From: Armatimonadota bacterium
GTDB lineage: Bacteria > Armatimonadota > SYMT01
Length of the DNA stretch: 64,000 nucleotides
Assembly: GCA_046292385.1 (NCBI GenBank)
Contig: JBKBRF010000004.1
Coordinates: 245,212-309,211 of the forward strand
Direction of reading: 5' to 3'
The position numbers were made by a program, and so were the translations under genes. Positions 1 to 9,530 of this stretch are shown in pieces. Position 1 is the first letter of the stretch. Each line of letters opens with the position of its first letter. Under the pieces are notes generated by a model. That model made no database searches. It saw nothing but the letters and a program-made list of their open reading frames with translations, and had not been told where the DNA came from.

Positions 1-15
1 TGGTTCCGGCCATCG

Positions 16-1944
16 CTATCTTACTCCCTCGCCGGCGGAGGGGCGGCGCAGATCGCTCGCGGCACCCTCGACCGTCTTTCCTTCCAGCGCGGCCTGCACC
101 GCGCGATCCATCACGAGCGCGGCGAGCTTCCGCGTCGCCAGGTCGAGCTCTTCGATCCGCTGGCGGATGAGCTGGTGGTCTTCGTCGCCCGCCACCTCCC
201 GGAGCGCGTCGAGCGCCGTGCGCACGTTCTGCAGTTCTCGCGCGTCCATGCTACCTTCCGCCACGAACTGCTCCCCGAGCGGGAGCTGCTTCTCGGTGGC
301 GAGGATGACCTGGCTCGCCTCCACCCGCGCCTCCGTGATCTGGCGGAGGCGGAGATCGCTCTCGGCGTGCTCGAACGAGTCGATGATCATCTGCTCGACT
401 TCGTCATCGGTCAGCCCGTAGGAGGGCCTCACTTCGATCCGGGCCTCGGCCTCGCTGCGGTGCTCGTAGGCGGAGACGGCCAGGATGCCGTTCTCGTCGA
501 CCATAAAGGTCACTTCGAGCCGCGGCCAGCCGGCCGGCATCGGCGGGATGTGGATCTGCAGGTCCGCGAGCGACCGGTTGTCCGCCGCCATCTCACGCTC
601 GCCCTGCACCACGTGGATCTTGAACGCGGTCTGCCCCTCCACGCCGGTGGTGAAAACCTGCCGCGCGCTGGTGGGGACGGTGCTGTTGCGCGGGATCAGC
701 TTCTCCACGGCGCCGCCGTAAGTCTCGATGCCGAGGGAGAGCGGGATCACGTCGAGGAGCAGCAGACCCTCCACGTCGCCGGCCAGGATTCCGGCCTGAA
801 CGGCGGCTCCGAGGGCCACCACCTGCTCCGGATCGAGCTCCGTATGCGGGCGCGTCCCGAAGATCGCCTCCACCAGCCGCCGTACGTAGGGGACGCGCGT
901 GCTGCCGCCGACCAGCACCACTTCGTCGATCTCCGCCCCCGTGAGCCCGGCGTCTTCCAGCGCCTGCTCGCACCGGATGCGGGTCCGCTCCGCCACCGGC
1001 GCGATGATCCGCTCCAGCTCGGTCCGGGTCAGCTCGCGGGTAAAGGCGCCGGCGCCGACCGGAATCGCGATCGTCGTCGTTTCGGCGTCGGTCAGCGCCT
1101 TCTTGGCGTCCTCCGCCGCGATCCGGACCCGCTCCCGCAGCGACGGGTCCTGCCCATTCACCTCCGGGAACTGCGCGAGCAGCTCCGGCAGAATCGCCTG
1201 GTCGCCGAGGACGCGGTCGAAGTCGTCACCCCCCAGGTGCGTGTCGCCGTTGGTCGACTGGACCTCGAAGACGCCGTCCCGCAGCTTCAGGATCGAGATG
1301 TCGAAGGTGCCGCCGCCCAGGTCGTAGACCGCGACGGTGCCCTCTTTCTTCCGGTCGAGCCCGTAGGCGAGGCAGGCGGCGGTCGGCTCGTTGACGATCC
1401 GCAGCACCTCCAGCCCGGCGATGCGGCCGGCGTCGCGAGTCGCCTGGCGCTGGCTGTCGTTGAAGTAGGCGGGGACGGTGATCACCGCCTGCTCCACCGG
1501 CTCGCCCAGGTACTCCTCCGCCCGCCGCTTCAGCTCCCGCAGGACCTGCGCCGAGATCTCCGGCGGGGTGTAAAGGCGGTCGCCGACCTTGATCCGCACC
1601 ACTTCCCGGTGCTCGTCCGAGATCTCGTACGGCAGCCGGGAGCGCTCCTCGGCCACGTCCTCCAGCCCGCGGCCCATCAGGCGCTTCACGGAGTAGATCG
1701 TCCGCGTCGGCGCGTCGTAGAGGTGGTGGCGCGCGTCGTCTCCGACCAGCGCCGAGCCGTCGGCGGTGAAATGGACCACCGACGGCAGGACCGGGTCGCC
1801 GTCCGGACCCGGAATCACCACCGGCTTGCCGTCCTGCATGCAGGCGACGAGGCTGTTCGTGGTCCCCAGGTCGATCCCCACGATGCGGGGCTCCCGGTGC
1901 CGGTGCGCCCCCGCCAGGGGCAGCGGTATCTTCGATGTGCTCAT
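16..1944 (-). CDS. hscA: Fe-S cluster assembly Hsp70 chaperone HscA
   Basis: Hsp70 motifs [17 protein letters not shown] and [10 protein letters not shown]; lies downstream of hscB/iscA/iscU, and IscU carries the LPPVK HscA-recognition motif. ATG at 1944 chosen over the 2004 ORF-track start. Confidence 0.88.
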   Translation of the reverse strand: MSTSKIPLPLAGAHRHREPRIVGIDLGTTNSLVACMQDGKPVVIPGPDGDPVLPSVVHFTADGSALVGDDARHHLYDAPTRTIYSVKRLMGRGLEDVAEERSRLPYEISDEHREVVRIKVGDRLYTPPEISAQVLRELKRRAEEYLGEPVEQAVITVPAYFNDSQRQATRDAGRIAGLEVLRIVNEPTAACLAYGLDRKKEGTVAVYDLGGGTFDISILKLRDGVFEVQSTNGDTHLGGDDFDRVLGDQAILPELLAQFPEVNGQDPSLRERVRIAAEDAKKALTDAETTTIAIPVGAGAFTRELTRTELERIIAPVAERTRIRCEQALEDAGLTGAEIDEVVLVGGSTRVPYVRRLVEAIFGTRPHTELDPEQVVALGAAVQAGILAGDVEGLLLLDVIPLSLGIETYGGAVEKLIPRNSTVPTSARQVFTTGVEGQTAFKIHVVQGEREMAADNRSLADLQIHIPPMPAGWPRLEVTFMVDENGILAVSAYEHRSEAEARIEVRPSYGLTDDEVEQMIIDSFEHAESDLRLRQITEARVEASQVILATEKQLPLGEQFVAEGSMDARELQNVRTALDALREVAGDEDHQLIRQRIEELDLATRKLAALVMDRAVQAALEGKTVEGAASDLRRPSAGEGVR

Positions 1945-2040
1945 AATCTTTGTTTGCAGGCTGGACCGGCTGCACCCCGCACGTCGGCAGCCCCGGTCAT
2001 CCACAACCGTTCCCGGCGTACTGAATGCCCCCCCGCCGAA

Positions 2041-2196
2041 GTCATCCTGAACGAAGTGAAGGATCTACGTAACTGAGCCTGTTCCGAAGCGTCGAGCCGT
2101 CCGGCCGGGCGGACCCTGCCAGCGGAGCCCTCGTCACCCCCCTGCGTTTCCCGTCCCAACACGGCTGCCGAGATCCTTCACTTCGTTCAGGATGAC
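2041..2196. repeat. REP/MITE-like element with a perfect 26-bp inverted repeat
   Basis: GTCATCCTGAACGAAGTGAAGGATCT at 2041-2066 and its exact reverse complement at 2171-2196. Confidence 0.85.
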
Positions 2197-2251
2197 CGCT
2201 TTCGCCGGGCATGGTTGTTCTCGGGAGGAGCGCCTGCTTACGATAGCGCTC

Positions 2252-2283
2252 CCCTGACCCCTGAAACCTGACCTCTGATCCCT
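2252..2283. repeat. Heptamer short tandem repeat (CCTGACC-like)
   Basis: cctgacc cctgaaa cctgacc tctgatc next to the hscB stop codon. Confidence 0.55.
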
Positions 2284-2890
2284 ATCCAGCTCCCACCGCG
2301 GCGTTCAGGCTGTTCAACACGCGGCGGAGGTAGGCGCGGTCGGCGAGCACCGTGCGGATCTCGCCGAGCACGCGTGCGCGTTCCGGAGCGTCGCCCGAGT
2401 CGGAGAGCGCGTCCCATCGACGGAACAGCTCGCCGGTGAGGCGCTCCACCCGGCTATCCAGCTCCGCCTGCAGCCGGTCGCGCTTCTCCCGCAGCGCCGC
2501 GGCCAGCGACTCTCGCTCTTCGGGGTCGGCGAAGCGGTGCTCGCCCAGGAGCTCCTGCACCTCCAGGATCTCGTCGAACAGCTCCTGCGGGGGCGCGTCC
2601 TTCGCCGGCTCTCCCGTGCTCTCTTCCAGCGTCAGCAGGTAGGCGGCGCGCTCGAACGGGTCCCGCAGCGTGCGGTAGGCCTGGTTCACCTTGGAGGAGC
2701 TCTCCAGCGCCCCGATCCGCTCGCGCGCGGTGGCCGCGCGATAGAGGTCTGGATGGTAGCGGCGGGAGAGCTCGTGGTAGACCGGCTCCAGCGCCTTCGG
2801 GTCGAGCGTCAGCTTCCGCGGCAGTCCCAGCACCGCGAAGTAGTCCGCGTCACGCGGCAGCGGCTCGGCTCGAGTCGGCTCGTCAGGCAT
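2282..2890 (-). CDS. hscB: Fe-S co-chaperone HscB (J-domain protein)
   Basis: DYFAVLGL...YHPD J-domain, INxAY-like VNQAYRTLRDPFERAAYLL motif, C-terminal HscB helices; isc context. Confidence 0.93.
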   Translation of the reverse strand: MPDEPTRAEPLPRDADYFAVLGLPRKLTLDPKALEPVYHELSRRYHPDLYRAATARERIGALESSSKVNQAYRTLRDPFERAAYLLTLEESTGEPAKDAPPQELFDEILEVQELLGEHRFADPEERESLAAALREKRDRLQAELDSRVERLTGELFRRWDALSDSGDAPERARVLGEIRTVLADRAYLRRVLNSLNAAVGAG

Positions 2891-3623
2891 CGGTCAATCT
2901 CTCACTCCGGCGCTCCACCCGGAAGCCGCACTCCGCGAGCATCCGGGCCGCCGGCACTATCTCGTAGCCGTCGGCGCGCAGCTCCTCGATTAGCGCGGGC
3001 AGCGCCTCGGCCGTCCCGGAGTGTGCCGCCTGGCCGCCGTGCAGCACGATCACCGCTCCGGGATGCACTTCCGAGAGCACTCGCCGCCGCAGCTCCTCCG
3101 GCGTCAGCGGGTTCCAGTCCCCGGGCACCACGCTCCAGTAGACCGGCGTCAATCCCTCGGCGGCGAGCGCGGCGCGCGCCCCGAGCCCCACCGCTCCGAA
3201 CGGCGGCCGGAAGAGGCGCGGCGAGCCGGGACAGACCCGGGAGAGCAGCGCCTCGGTGCGCGTCAGCTCTCGCCGCGGGGAAGCGCAGGTCCCATAGCCG
3301 AGCGGGAGGTGGCTCCAGGTGTGGTTGCCGACCTCGTGACCTTCCGCATGGATCCGGCGCAGGAGCGTCTCTTCCGCCGCGGCGCGGCGGCCTTCCACGA
3401 AGAACGTGGCGGTCGCGCCCGCCGCGCGCAGCGCCTGGAGCAGCCGCGGGGTGATCTCCGGGTCCGGACCGTCGTCGATTGTCAGGGTCACCCAGCGGCG
3501 AGAGGGCGGGCCCTCCCACAGGCCGGCCGGGTACCAGCGGCGGCCAAGCTGCGCGAGGGCGCGCGGCACCCCACCGCGGGGCTTCCGTTCCGCTCGCTCT
3601 ACCGGCGTCACGATGGCGCGCAT
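2883..3623 (-). CDS. Polysaccharide deacetylase (NodB/CE4 family)
   Basis: CE4 motifs LTIDDGP, GNHTWSH, FRPPFG, DW and GAVIVLH; overlaps the hscB start by 8 nt. Confidence 0.88.
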   Translation of the reverse strand: MRAIVTPVERAERKPRGGVPRALAQLGRRWYPAGLWEGPPSRRWVTLTIDDGPDPEITPRLLQALRAAGATATFFVEGRRAAAEETLLRRIHAEGHEVGNHTWSHLPLGYGTCASPRRELTRTEALLSRVCPGSPRLFRPPFGAVGLGARAALAAEGLTPVYWSVVPGDWNPLTPEELRRRVLSEVHPGAVIVLHGGQAAHSGTAEALPALIEELRADGYEIVPAARMLAECGFRVERRSERLTDA

Positions 3624-3633
3624 CTCCCTGACT

Positions 3634-3660
3634 CAAGACAAAGCCCCCCTTGCGGGGGGC
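3634..3660 (-). terminator. Intrinsic terminator-like hairpin after iscA
   Basis: Minus strand reads GCCCCCC-GCAA-GGGGGGC followed by TTTGTCTT (7-bp stem, GNRA loop). Confidence 0.6.
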
Positions 3661-3677
3661 CGTCCTACCCTCTGAAG

Positions 3678-4055
3678 CTAGGCCTGGAACGAGACCCCGC
3701 ACCCGCAGGATCTGGATGCGTTCGGATTCTGAAAGGCGAAGCCTCCCTCGCCGACCATGTGGAGATCGCCGGTGTAGTCGACCGTCGTCCCCGCCAGCAG
3801 CACCAGGCTCTTGCGGTCCACCACCACCTTCAGCCCGTCGAACTCGAAGAGGCGGTCGTACTTGGGGTCGACGTCCCGATCGAACTCGATCACGTAGCTG
3901 AACCCGGAGCAGCCGCCGCCGCGGACGCCGAGGCGCAGGTAAAGCCCCTCGGGATCGTCCATCCGCGAGAGGAACTCCCGGGCCTTGTCGATCGCGGCAG
4001 GGGTCAGCGTCAGCAGCCCTGCCGGCGACGGTGCAATCTCTAGTGTCGTTGACAT
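3678..4055 (-). CDS. iscA: A-type Fe-S carrier IscA (HesB family)
   Basis: GGGCSGFSY and NPNA..CGCGxSF motifs. Confidence 0.93.
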   Translation of the reverse strand: MSTTLEIAPSPAGLLTLTPAAIDKAREFLSRMDDPEGLYLRLGVRGGGCSGFSYVIEFDRDVDPKYDRLFEFDGLKVVVDRKSLVLLAGTTVDYTGDLHMVGEGGFAFQNPNASRSCGCGVSFQA

Positions 4056-4085
4056 GGTCTCTCGTATCCGTTTGCCGGCCGGGCG

Positions 4086-4514
4086 CTACTCCGCGCCGGC
4101 CGTCACCGGCTCCGCGGAGGCGCCGCTCTGATCGCCCTGCTTGTTCTGCAGATCGTGGACCGCCGCCTTGATGGCATCTTCCGCCAGCACGGAGCAGTGG
4201 ATCTTCACCGGCGGCAGCGCAAGCTCCTGAACGATATCGGTGTTCTTGATGTCGAGCGCTTCCTGCAGGGTCTTGCCCTTCATCCACTCCGTCGCCAGGC
4301 TGGACGACGCGATCGCGCTGCCGCACCCGAAGGTCTTGAACTTGGCGTCCTCGATCACCTGGGTGTCCGGGTTCACCTTGATCTGCAGCTTCATGACGTC
4401 GCCGCACTCCGGCGCGCCGACGATCCCGGTGCCCACGTTCGGGTCGGCCTTGTCCAGGCTGCCCACGTTCCGCGGGTTCTCGTAATGCTCCAGAACCTTA
4501 TCGCTATAAGGCAT
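4086..4514 (-). CDS. iscU: Fe-S scaffold IscU
   Basis: YSDKVLEHYENPRNVG, GAPECGDVM, KTFGCGSAIASSS, LPPVKIHCS. Confidence 0.97.
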   Translation of the reverse strand: MPYSDKVLEHYENPRNVGSLDKADPNVGTGIVGAPECGDVMKLQIKVNPDTQVIEDAKFKTFGCGSAIASSSLATEWMKGKTLQEALDIKNTDIVQELALPPVKIHCSVLAEDAIKAAVHDLQNKQGDQSGASAEPVTAGAE

Positions 4515-4685
4515 GTCCGTTCGCTCCTCGTCAGAAATCTACCCGGTGCCGACCGGGACAACTCTTGGGGGTCTAGGGCTTACGGGAGCGTAGGGCGCCA
4601 TCCGAGAACGGCTGCTCCTATGCTGCGCCTCTCAAAGCCCAAATCACCGACCGGATTGGGTGAGCCCCATCGGCGGTTCACTACA

Positions 4686-4716
4686 CCCTGACCCCTAAAC
4701 CCTAAACCCTTCCCCT
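4686..4716. repeat. Heptamer short tandem repeat (CCTAAAC-like)
   Basis: ccctgac ccctaaa ccctaaa cccttcc next to the iscS stop codon. Confidence 0.5.
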
Positions 4717-5935
4717 AATGCGCTTCCCACTGGACCGTCTTCAGGTCCACTCCTTCGCGAGCCAGCTCGTAAAGCGGGCTCATCTCCCGAAGGCGGGAGA
4801 CCGTCTCGATCGTCGCCTGGATCGCGAACTCCACTTCCTCTTCCGTGTTGAAGCGGCCGAGGCCGTACCGGATGGAGGAGTGCGCGAGGTCGTCGCCTAC
4901 GCCGAGTGCCTTGAGCACGTAGCTCGGCTCCAGGCTGGCGGAGGTGCAGGCGGAGCCGGAGCTGAGGGCAATGTCCTTCATGCCCATCATCAGGCTCTCG
5001 CCTTCCACGTAGGCGAAGCTCAGGTTCAGGTTCCCGGGCAGCCGCTGCGTGGGATGGCCGTTGAGGTAGGTCTCCTCCAGCTTGCTGGTGATCGCCTCGC
5101 GCATCCGCTCCCGCAGGGCGGTCAGCCGCTTGCCTTCCTCGCCCATCTCCGCGCGCGCGATCTCGCACGCCTTGCCGAAGCCGACGATCCCCGGCACGTT
5201 CAGCGTGCCGCTGCGCATGCCGCGCTCGTGGCCGCCGCCGTCCATCTGCGCCGCCAGCCGGACCCGCGGGTTGCGGCGCCGCACGTAGAGCGCGCCGACG
5301 CCCTTCGGTCCATACAGCTTGTGCGAGGTGATGGAGGCGAGGTCGACGTTCATCGCCTGCACGTCGAACGGCACCTTCCCGAAGCCCTGCACCGCGTCCG
5401 AGTGGAACAGCACGCCGCGCTCCCGGCAGATCCGGCCGATCTCCGCCAGCGGGTTGATCGTGCCGATCTCGTTATTGGCGAACATGACGGAGCAGAGGAT
5501 CGTCTTGTCGGTGATCGCCTCCGCCACCGACTCCGGCCGCACCATGCCGGTGTCGTCGACCGGCAGATAGGTGACGCGGAAGCCCCACTTCTCCAGCCGC
5601 TTGGCGGTGTCGAGTATCGCCTTGTGCTCCACGACCGAGGTGATGATGTGATCGCCCTTCTCGCGGTACATCTCCGCCACGCCCTTGAGCGCGAGGTTAT
5701 CGCTCTCGGTGGCGCCGCTGGTGAAGATGATCTCCTTCGGGTCGGCGTTCATCACCCCCGCGATCTGCTCGCGAGCCCGGTCTACCGCTTCCTCCGCGGT
5801 CCAGCCGAAGGGATGACTCCGGCTCGCCGCGTTGCCAAAGGTCTCCCGGAAGTACGGGAGCATCGCGTCCAGCACGCGCGGGTCCACCGGGGTGGTCGCG
5901 TGGTTGTCCATGTAGATGGGCAACTGAACTGCCAT
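4715..5935 (-). CDS. iscS: Cysteine desulfurase IscS
   Basis: [19 protein letters not shown] (PLP lysine), SSGSACTS (catalytic Cys), C-terminal SPLYE...VQWEAH. ATG at 5935 with GGAGG upstream. Confidence 0.97.
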   Translation of the reverse strand: MAVQLPIYMDNHATTPVDPRVLDAMLPYFRETFGNAASRSHPFGWTAEEAVDRAREQIAGVMNADPKEIIFTSGATESDNLALKGVAEMYREKGDHIITSVVEHKAILDTAKRLEKWGFRVTYLPVDDTGMVRPESVAEAITDKTILCSVMFANNEIGTINPLAEIGRICRERGVLFHSDAVQGFGKVPFDVQAMNVDLASITSHKLYGPKGVGALYVRRRNPRVRLAAQMDGGGHERGMRSGTLNVPGIVGFGKACEIARAEMGEEGKRLTALRERMREAITSKLEETYLNGHPTQRLPGNLNLSFAYVEGESLMMGMKDIALSSGSACTSASLEPSYVLKALGVGDDLAHSSIRYGLGRFNTEEEVEFAIQATIETVSRLREMSPLYELAREGVDLKTVQWEAH

Positions 5936-5982
5936 CGAATCCTTGCCTCCCTCCAGCCGTCGGGCCGGAGTCGTTTCCAATC

Positions 5983-6576
5983 CTATCCGCAGCACTCTCC
6001 GTCCCGGCCGGTCGCCCCGGCCGCGGTGAGCGCGTCCTCTCGTATTAGCTGCGCCTCGGCGCACTCCGTCGGCAGCAGCGCCTGGCAGCTCACGCAGAGC
6101 GCCTGGAGCGCGCTGTGGTCCCGCAGGGCCGCCGTCACGAACGACTCGAGTCCCTGGATCAGCGCCTGGCGGTCCGCCGGGGACATCTGATCCAGCACCT
6201 TCACCAGCCGCTGCGTCCGCTCCCGGCGCACCTGGTGCACCAGCTCCAATCCCGCCGGGGTCACGCGGATCTCGCTCTGGCGGTGGTCGGACGCTGCTAC
6301 GCCCCGCGTCACCAGCTCCTTCCGCGCCAGCTTGTCGACCAGCTTCACCGCCGCGACGTGAGAGACCCCCAGCGCCTCGGCGATTGCTCCCACGCTCGTC
6401 TTCTTCCGCTCCGCCACGATGGTGAGCGCCTGGAGCTGCGAGAAGGTGATCTCCAGCTCGTCCAGCTCCCGGAGCAGGCGCACGGTCATCGTCTCCGTGA
6501 CGATGTCACTGAAGAGTCCCGTGAGCTTCTCCGCAAAGCTGTCGCACGTTTCGCGCGTAGGTAGGCTGGCCGACAT
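5983..6576 (-). CDS. MarR-family regulator with C-terminal Cys cluster, first gene of the isc operon
   Basis: wHTH MarR pattern ITFSQLQAL...[22 protein letters not shown]...[13 protein letters not shown]; Cys at 161, 164, 172, 195 and 196. Confidence 0.85.
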   Translation of the reverse strand: MSASLPTRETCDSFAEKLTGLFSDIVTETMTVRLLRELDELEITFSQLQALTIVAERKKTSVGAIAEALGVSHVAAVKLVDKLARKELVTRGVAASDHRQSEIRVTPAGLELVHQVRRERTQRLVKVLDQMSPADRQALIQGLESFVTAALRDHSALQALCVSCQALLPTECAEAQLIREDALTAAGATGRDGECCG

Positions 6577-6578
6577 CT

Positions 6579-6597
6579 TATGTAACCCGGTTACATA
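6579..6597. promoter_or_regulatory. Palindromic operator, probable MarR site
   Basis: TATGTAACC-C-GGTTACATA, a perfect 9-1-9 palindrome 2 bp upstream of the MarR ATG and abutting a TGATAATAT -10-like sequence on the minus strand. Confidence 0.75.
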
Positions 6598-6613
6598 TTA
6601 TCACCGACACCGG

Positions 6614-6918
6614 GAAAGGCAAAAGGCTGAAGGCAAAAGGCCGAGAGTGAAGGCAAAAGGTTCACCCCCCGAACGGGGGGCAAAAGGCTGAAGGCTAAAG
6701 CCGAACCCTTCGAGCTCGGCTGCTCCTACTGCTGACAGGGATGTCAGCGCTTCGGGAAGCGTGCCGACCCGGCGGGGCGGAATTTGGAGTGCGGTAGCTT
6801 GCTACCGCTTTGAGGAGCGTGGCGCCCTGGCGCATTCCCGTGGGCGAACGGGAGCTCTCGTAGGGATGGCGGTGTGAAGGCGGGACAGGCTGGGCAGGCG
6901 GGACAGGCTGGGCAGGCG
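6614..6918. repeat. Mosaic of short tandem repeats and REP-like hairpins
   Basis: AAGGCAA/AAGGCTG heptamers (6614-6700), GCTGACA-GGGA-TGTCAGC hairpin (6731-6748), GGAGTGCGGTAGC-TT-GCTACCGCTTT (6786-6811), CAGGCGGGA/CAGGCTGGG 9-mers (6877-6918). Confidence 0.65.
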
Positions 6919-8202
6919 CTACCGCCTGCGGGATGCGCCCGTTATATCCCCGTCTTCGGCCTGGCCGCGCAGCAGGGGGCGAGGGCTCCGTCCGCCGTCA
7001 TCGTTGCCGTCGGGGCCACGGCTATAGACCTGCGCCTCGACTCCGTCGGGGTTGAAGACCAGAACGCCGCCGCCGAACGGATCTTCCGGAACGGCGGGGA
7101 GGTACCGGGGGACGAGAGCTTGGAGGGTGGTGGGCGGCTGTCCGCTGTCCAGCTCGTAGCACCGCAGGGCCAGACGCGCCAGCGCAACTCGATAATCGGC
7201 GTCGCGCTTTGCCCATTGCAGCGAGAGGTCGGAGAGCGAGGGGAGCAGCAGCCGGTTGAACGGGTCATCGGGGACCGGCGGAAGCGCCGCCCGCTCCGCG
7301 TACGGCTTGCGAGCCTCCGCGATGAGCGCGTCGTAGTAGGCTCGGTAATGGTAGAGGATCTGGCCCTTGGGCGTAAATCCGAAGCGCAGCTCTTCCCAGG
7401 CTCCGGGCGGCACGCGAAACGTGTTCGAGGGCGCCCCGGGGGCCCGGAGGCGCGCCTGTTCCCAGAACGCCCGGTGGCTCCCCCGTCGCGCCTCCAGCAG
7501 CTCGTAGGTTCCGGAGAGCTGGTAATCGCGATCGGAGGCGAGCACCTGGTGCAGGGCGGTGGAGCGCCGCTCCCGCTCCCGAAGCCGCAAGAGCGTGTCT
7601 CTCGCGGTGTTCGCATCCAGTCGGTCCGCCACCCGGTTGAGGGCGGCGAGCGCCTCCCGCTCGACGGCGATGCCGACCAGGCCATGGATCTGGATGCCGC
7701 CGCGGGGAACGTCGCCGCCCAGCCGCAGGCAATCGAGGTAGCTCTGGGCGGCCGCGTTCCAACGTCCTCGACTCTCGCCGGCGCGCCCTTCGATCAGGAG
7801 CGCACGTTCCAACCGCCGGAACTCCATCAGCTCCGGTGTCTGGTGGGAAAAGGATCGCGCGGGCGGGTTCAGGTATTCGTGCCGGAAGCCGGCGCGGAGA
7901 CGCCGGAGGGCCGGCTGAACGCGTTGCGACCAGCGTTGGAAGTCCCGCGCGGTGAGTGACGGGTCCGACGGGTTGACGGTCTGGAACCGGGGCGGAAGCA
8001 GCGCGGCGGCGGCGACGTAGTCGTCGTACGCATTGGGAGACGGCATCCGCACCGCGGGCGGCCGGTTTGCGGGAAGGCCCTGGCAGTAGGCCCAGTACCC
8101 GGCAACGCCGAGCACTGCCCCCAAGGCCACGGCCGCAAGACCTCCCCACACCCACCTTTGCGCCGCCCGCTTCCGATCGAAAGAAGAAGCTGTCGCTTCC
8201 AA
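6919..8202 (-). CDS. Membrane-anchored hypothetical protein with pseudopilin/GspG-like C-terminus (paralog 1)
   Basis: N-terminal TM helix, PNAYDDY motif, C-terminal LVPRYLPAVPEDPFG...YSRGPDGNDDGG; TTG start. Confidence 0.7.
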   Translation of the reverse strand: MEATASSFDRKRAAQRWVWGGLAAVALGAVLGVAGYWAYCQGLPANRPPAVRMPSPNAYDDYVAAAALLPPRFQTVNPSDPSLTARDFQRWSQRVQPALRRLRAGFRHEYLNPPARSFSHQTPELMEFRRLERALLIEGRAGESRGRWNAAAQSYLDCLRLGGDVPRGGIQIHGLVGIAVEREALAALNRVADRLDANTARDTLLRLRERERRSTALHQVLASDRDYQLSGTYELLEARRGSHRAFWEQARLRAPGAPSNTFRVPPGAWEELRFGFTPKGQILYHYRAYYDALIAEARKPYAERAALPPVPDDPFNRLLLPSLSDLSLQWAKRDADYRVALARLALRCYELDSGQPPTTLQALVPRYLPAVPEDPFGGGVLVFNPDGVEAQVYSRGPDGNDDGGRSPRPLLRGQAEDGDITGASRRR

Positions 8203-8219
8203 GACGTGCTCCTCCGGAT

Positions 8220-9491
8220 CTACTTCCGCGGGCTCGCGGTGGTGATGTCGCCGTCACCGCCAATCGCGTACTGCCACCGCAGGAGCCGGCCGCCGTCGTC
8301 GTCGCCGTCGGGGCCGCGACTGTAGACCTGCGCCTCCAGTCCGCGGGGACTGTAGAGGAGGGCGCCGGTGCCGAACGGATCCCGCGGGACCGAGGGCAGG
8401 TAACGCGGCACGAGCTGCTCCAGGCGGGTGGGGGAAACGCCCCGCTCCAGCCGGTAGGCGCGCAGCGCCAGCCGGGATTGAATCACCCGGCAGACCGCAT
8501 CCCGTTCCTCGAAGCGGAGGTGCGCGCTGATGAAGGTTGGCGCCAGCGACCGGTTGAAGGCATCCTCCGGGATCGGTGGACTGGCCCGGGTTCCGTACGG
8601 CTTGCGCGCTTCCGCGATGAGCGCGTCGTAGTAGGCGCGGTAGTCGTGAAGGACCCGCGCCTTCGGCGTAAACGCAAACTGGACCTCCATCCAACGCTCC
8701 GGGAGTGTCGGTGGAGTGGTCTGCCCGCTCAGCATCCGGAGGGAGGACCACCCCGGCACCGCCCCATGCTTTCCCTGGAGCAACTCGTAGGCACCGGCAA
8801 TACCGGCATCTCGCTCCGCGGCGAGTGTCTGGTCGAACGGGATCGATTCTCGATCGACACGGGCCAGCTCCGCCGCCAGCCGTCGCGCGGTGCGAGCGTC
8901 CAGCCGGTCTGCCAGCGCTTCCAGCCGGGGGAGCGCCATCTGCTGGATTGAGACGCCGACGAGCCCGTGAATTAACGTGCCGCCCCGAGGGACATCCGCT
9001 CCCAGTCGGAGGCAGTCGACGTACGCGCGGGCGGCCTCGTCGGACCGGCCCGCCCGCTCCGCCGCCAACCCGGTAAGCACCAGTCCACGCCCGAGCACGC
9101 GGAACTGCGCCAGCTCCGGGAAAGGCTGGGTGAACGAGAGGACGGGCGGATTGCGGTACTCGTGAGGGAAGCCGTCCCGCAGCCGCTGTAGTGCCGGCTG
9201 AAGCTGCTGGGCCCACCTGCGGAGCTCCGCCTCCGGCAACTCGTCCCGCGATACGTCGACCTGCTCGAACCCGGCAGGGAGCAGGGCGACCGCGGCGACG
9301 TAGTCGTCGTACGCGTTCGGCGACGGCATCCGCACGCGCGCCGGCGTGTAGGGCGGCAGGGCCTGGCAGTAAGCCCAATACCCCACCACTCCCAGCGCGA
9401 GCACCGCCAGCAGCGTGGCAACACTCCCCGCCAGCCAGAGGCGGGCCGCCCGTTTTCGACGCGGAGAGGAGGCAGCAGCTTCCATATCCAT
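8220..9491 (-). CDS. Membrane-anchored hypothetical protein with pseudopilin/GspG-like C-terminus (paralog 2)
   Basis: Colinear paralog of 6919-8202 (shared YWAYCQ, RMPSPNAYDDYVAA, YRAYYDALIAEARKPY, EAQVYSRGPDG). Confidence 0.72.
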   Translation of the reverse strand: MDMEAAASSPRRKRAARLWLAGSVATLLAVLALGVVGYWAYCQALPPYTPARVRMPSPNAYDDYVAAVALLPAGFEQVDVSRDELPEAELRRWAQQLQPALQRLRDGFPHEYRNPPVLSFTQPFPELAQFRVLGRGLVLTGLAAERAGRSDEAARAYVDCLRLGADVPRGGTLIHGLVGVSIQQMALPRLEALADRLDARTARRLAAELARVDRESIPFDQTLAAERDAGIAGAYELLQGKHGAVPGWSSLRMLSGQTTPPTLPERWMEVQFAFTPKARVLHDYRAYYDALIAEARKPYGTRASPPIPEDAFNRSLAPTFISAHLRFEERDAVCRVIQSRLALRAYRLERGVSPTRLEQLVPRYLPSVPRDPFGTGALLYSPRGLEAQVYSRGPDGDDDGGRLLRWQYAIGGDGDITTASPRK

Positions 9492-9530
9492 CCCATAACG
9501 GTGGGAGAGCGGGGTTGGATACGCATTTTC

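Noticed and set aside
1..13. ATG on the minus strand just after the hscA stop, possibly ferredoxin fdx
   Set aside because: Only four codons lie in the window, so it cannot be supported.
16..1944. Calling the Hsp70 gene dnaK
   Set aside because: The context is hscB/iscU (LPPVK) with no grpE or dnaJ, so hscA fits better.
175..2076. Long antisense ORFs (also 4718-6190, 29035-30570, 36345-38324, 51943-54510 and others)
   Set aside because: Shadow ORFs expected opposite high-GC3 genes; no recognisable motifs.
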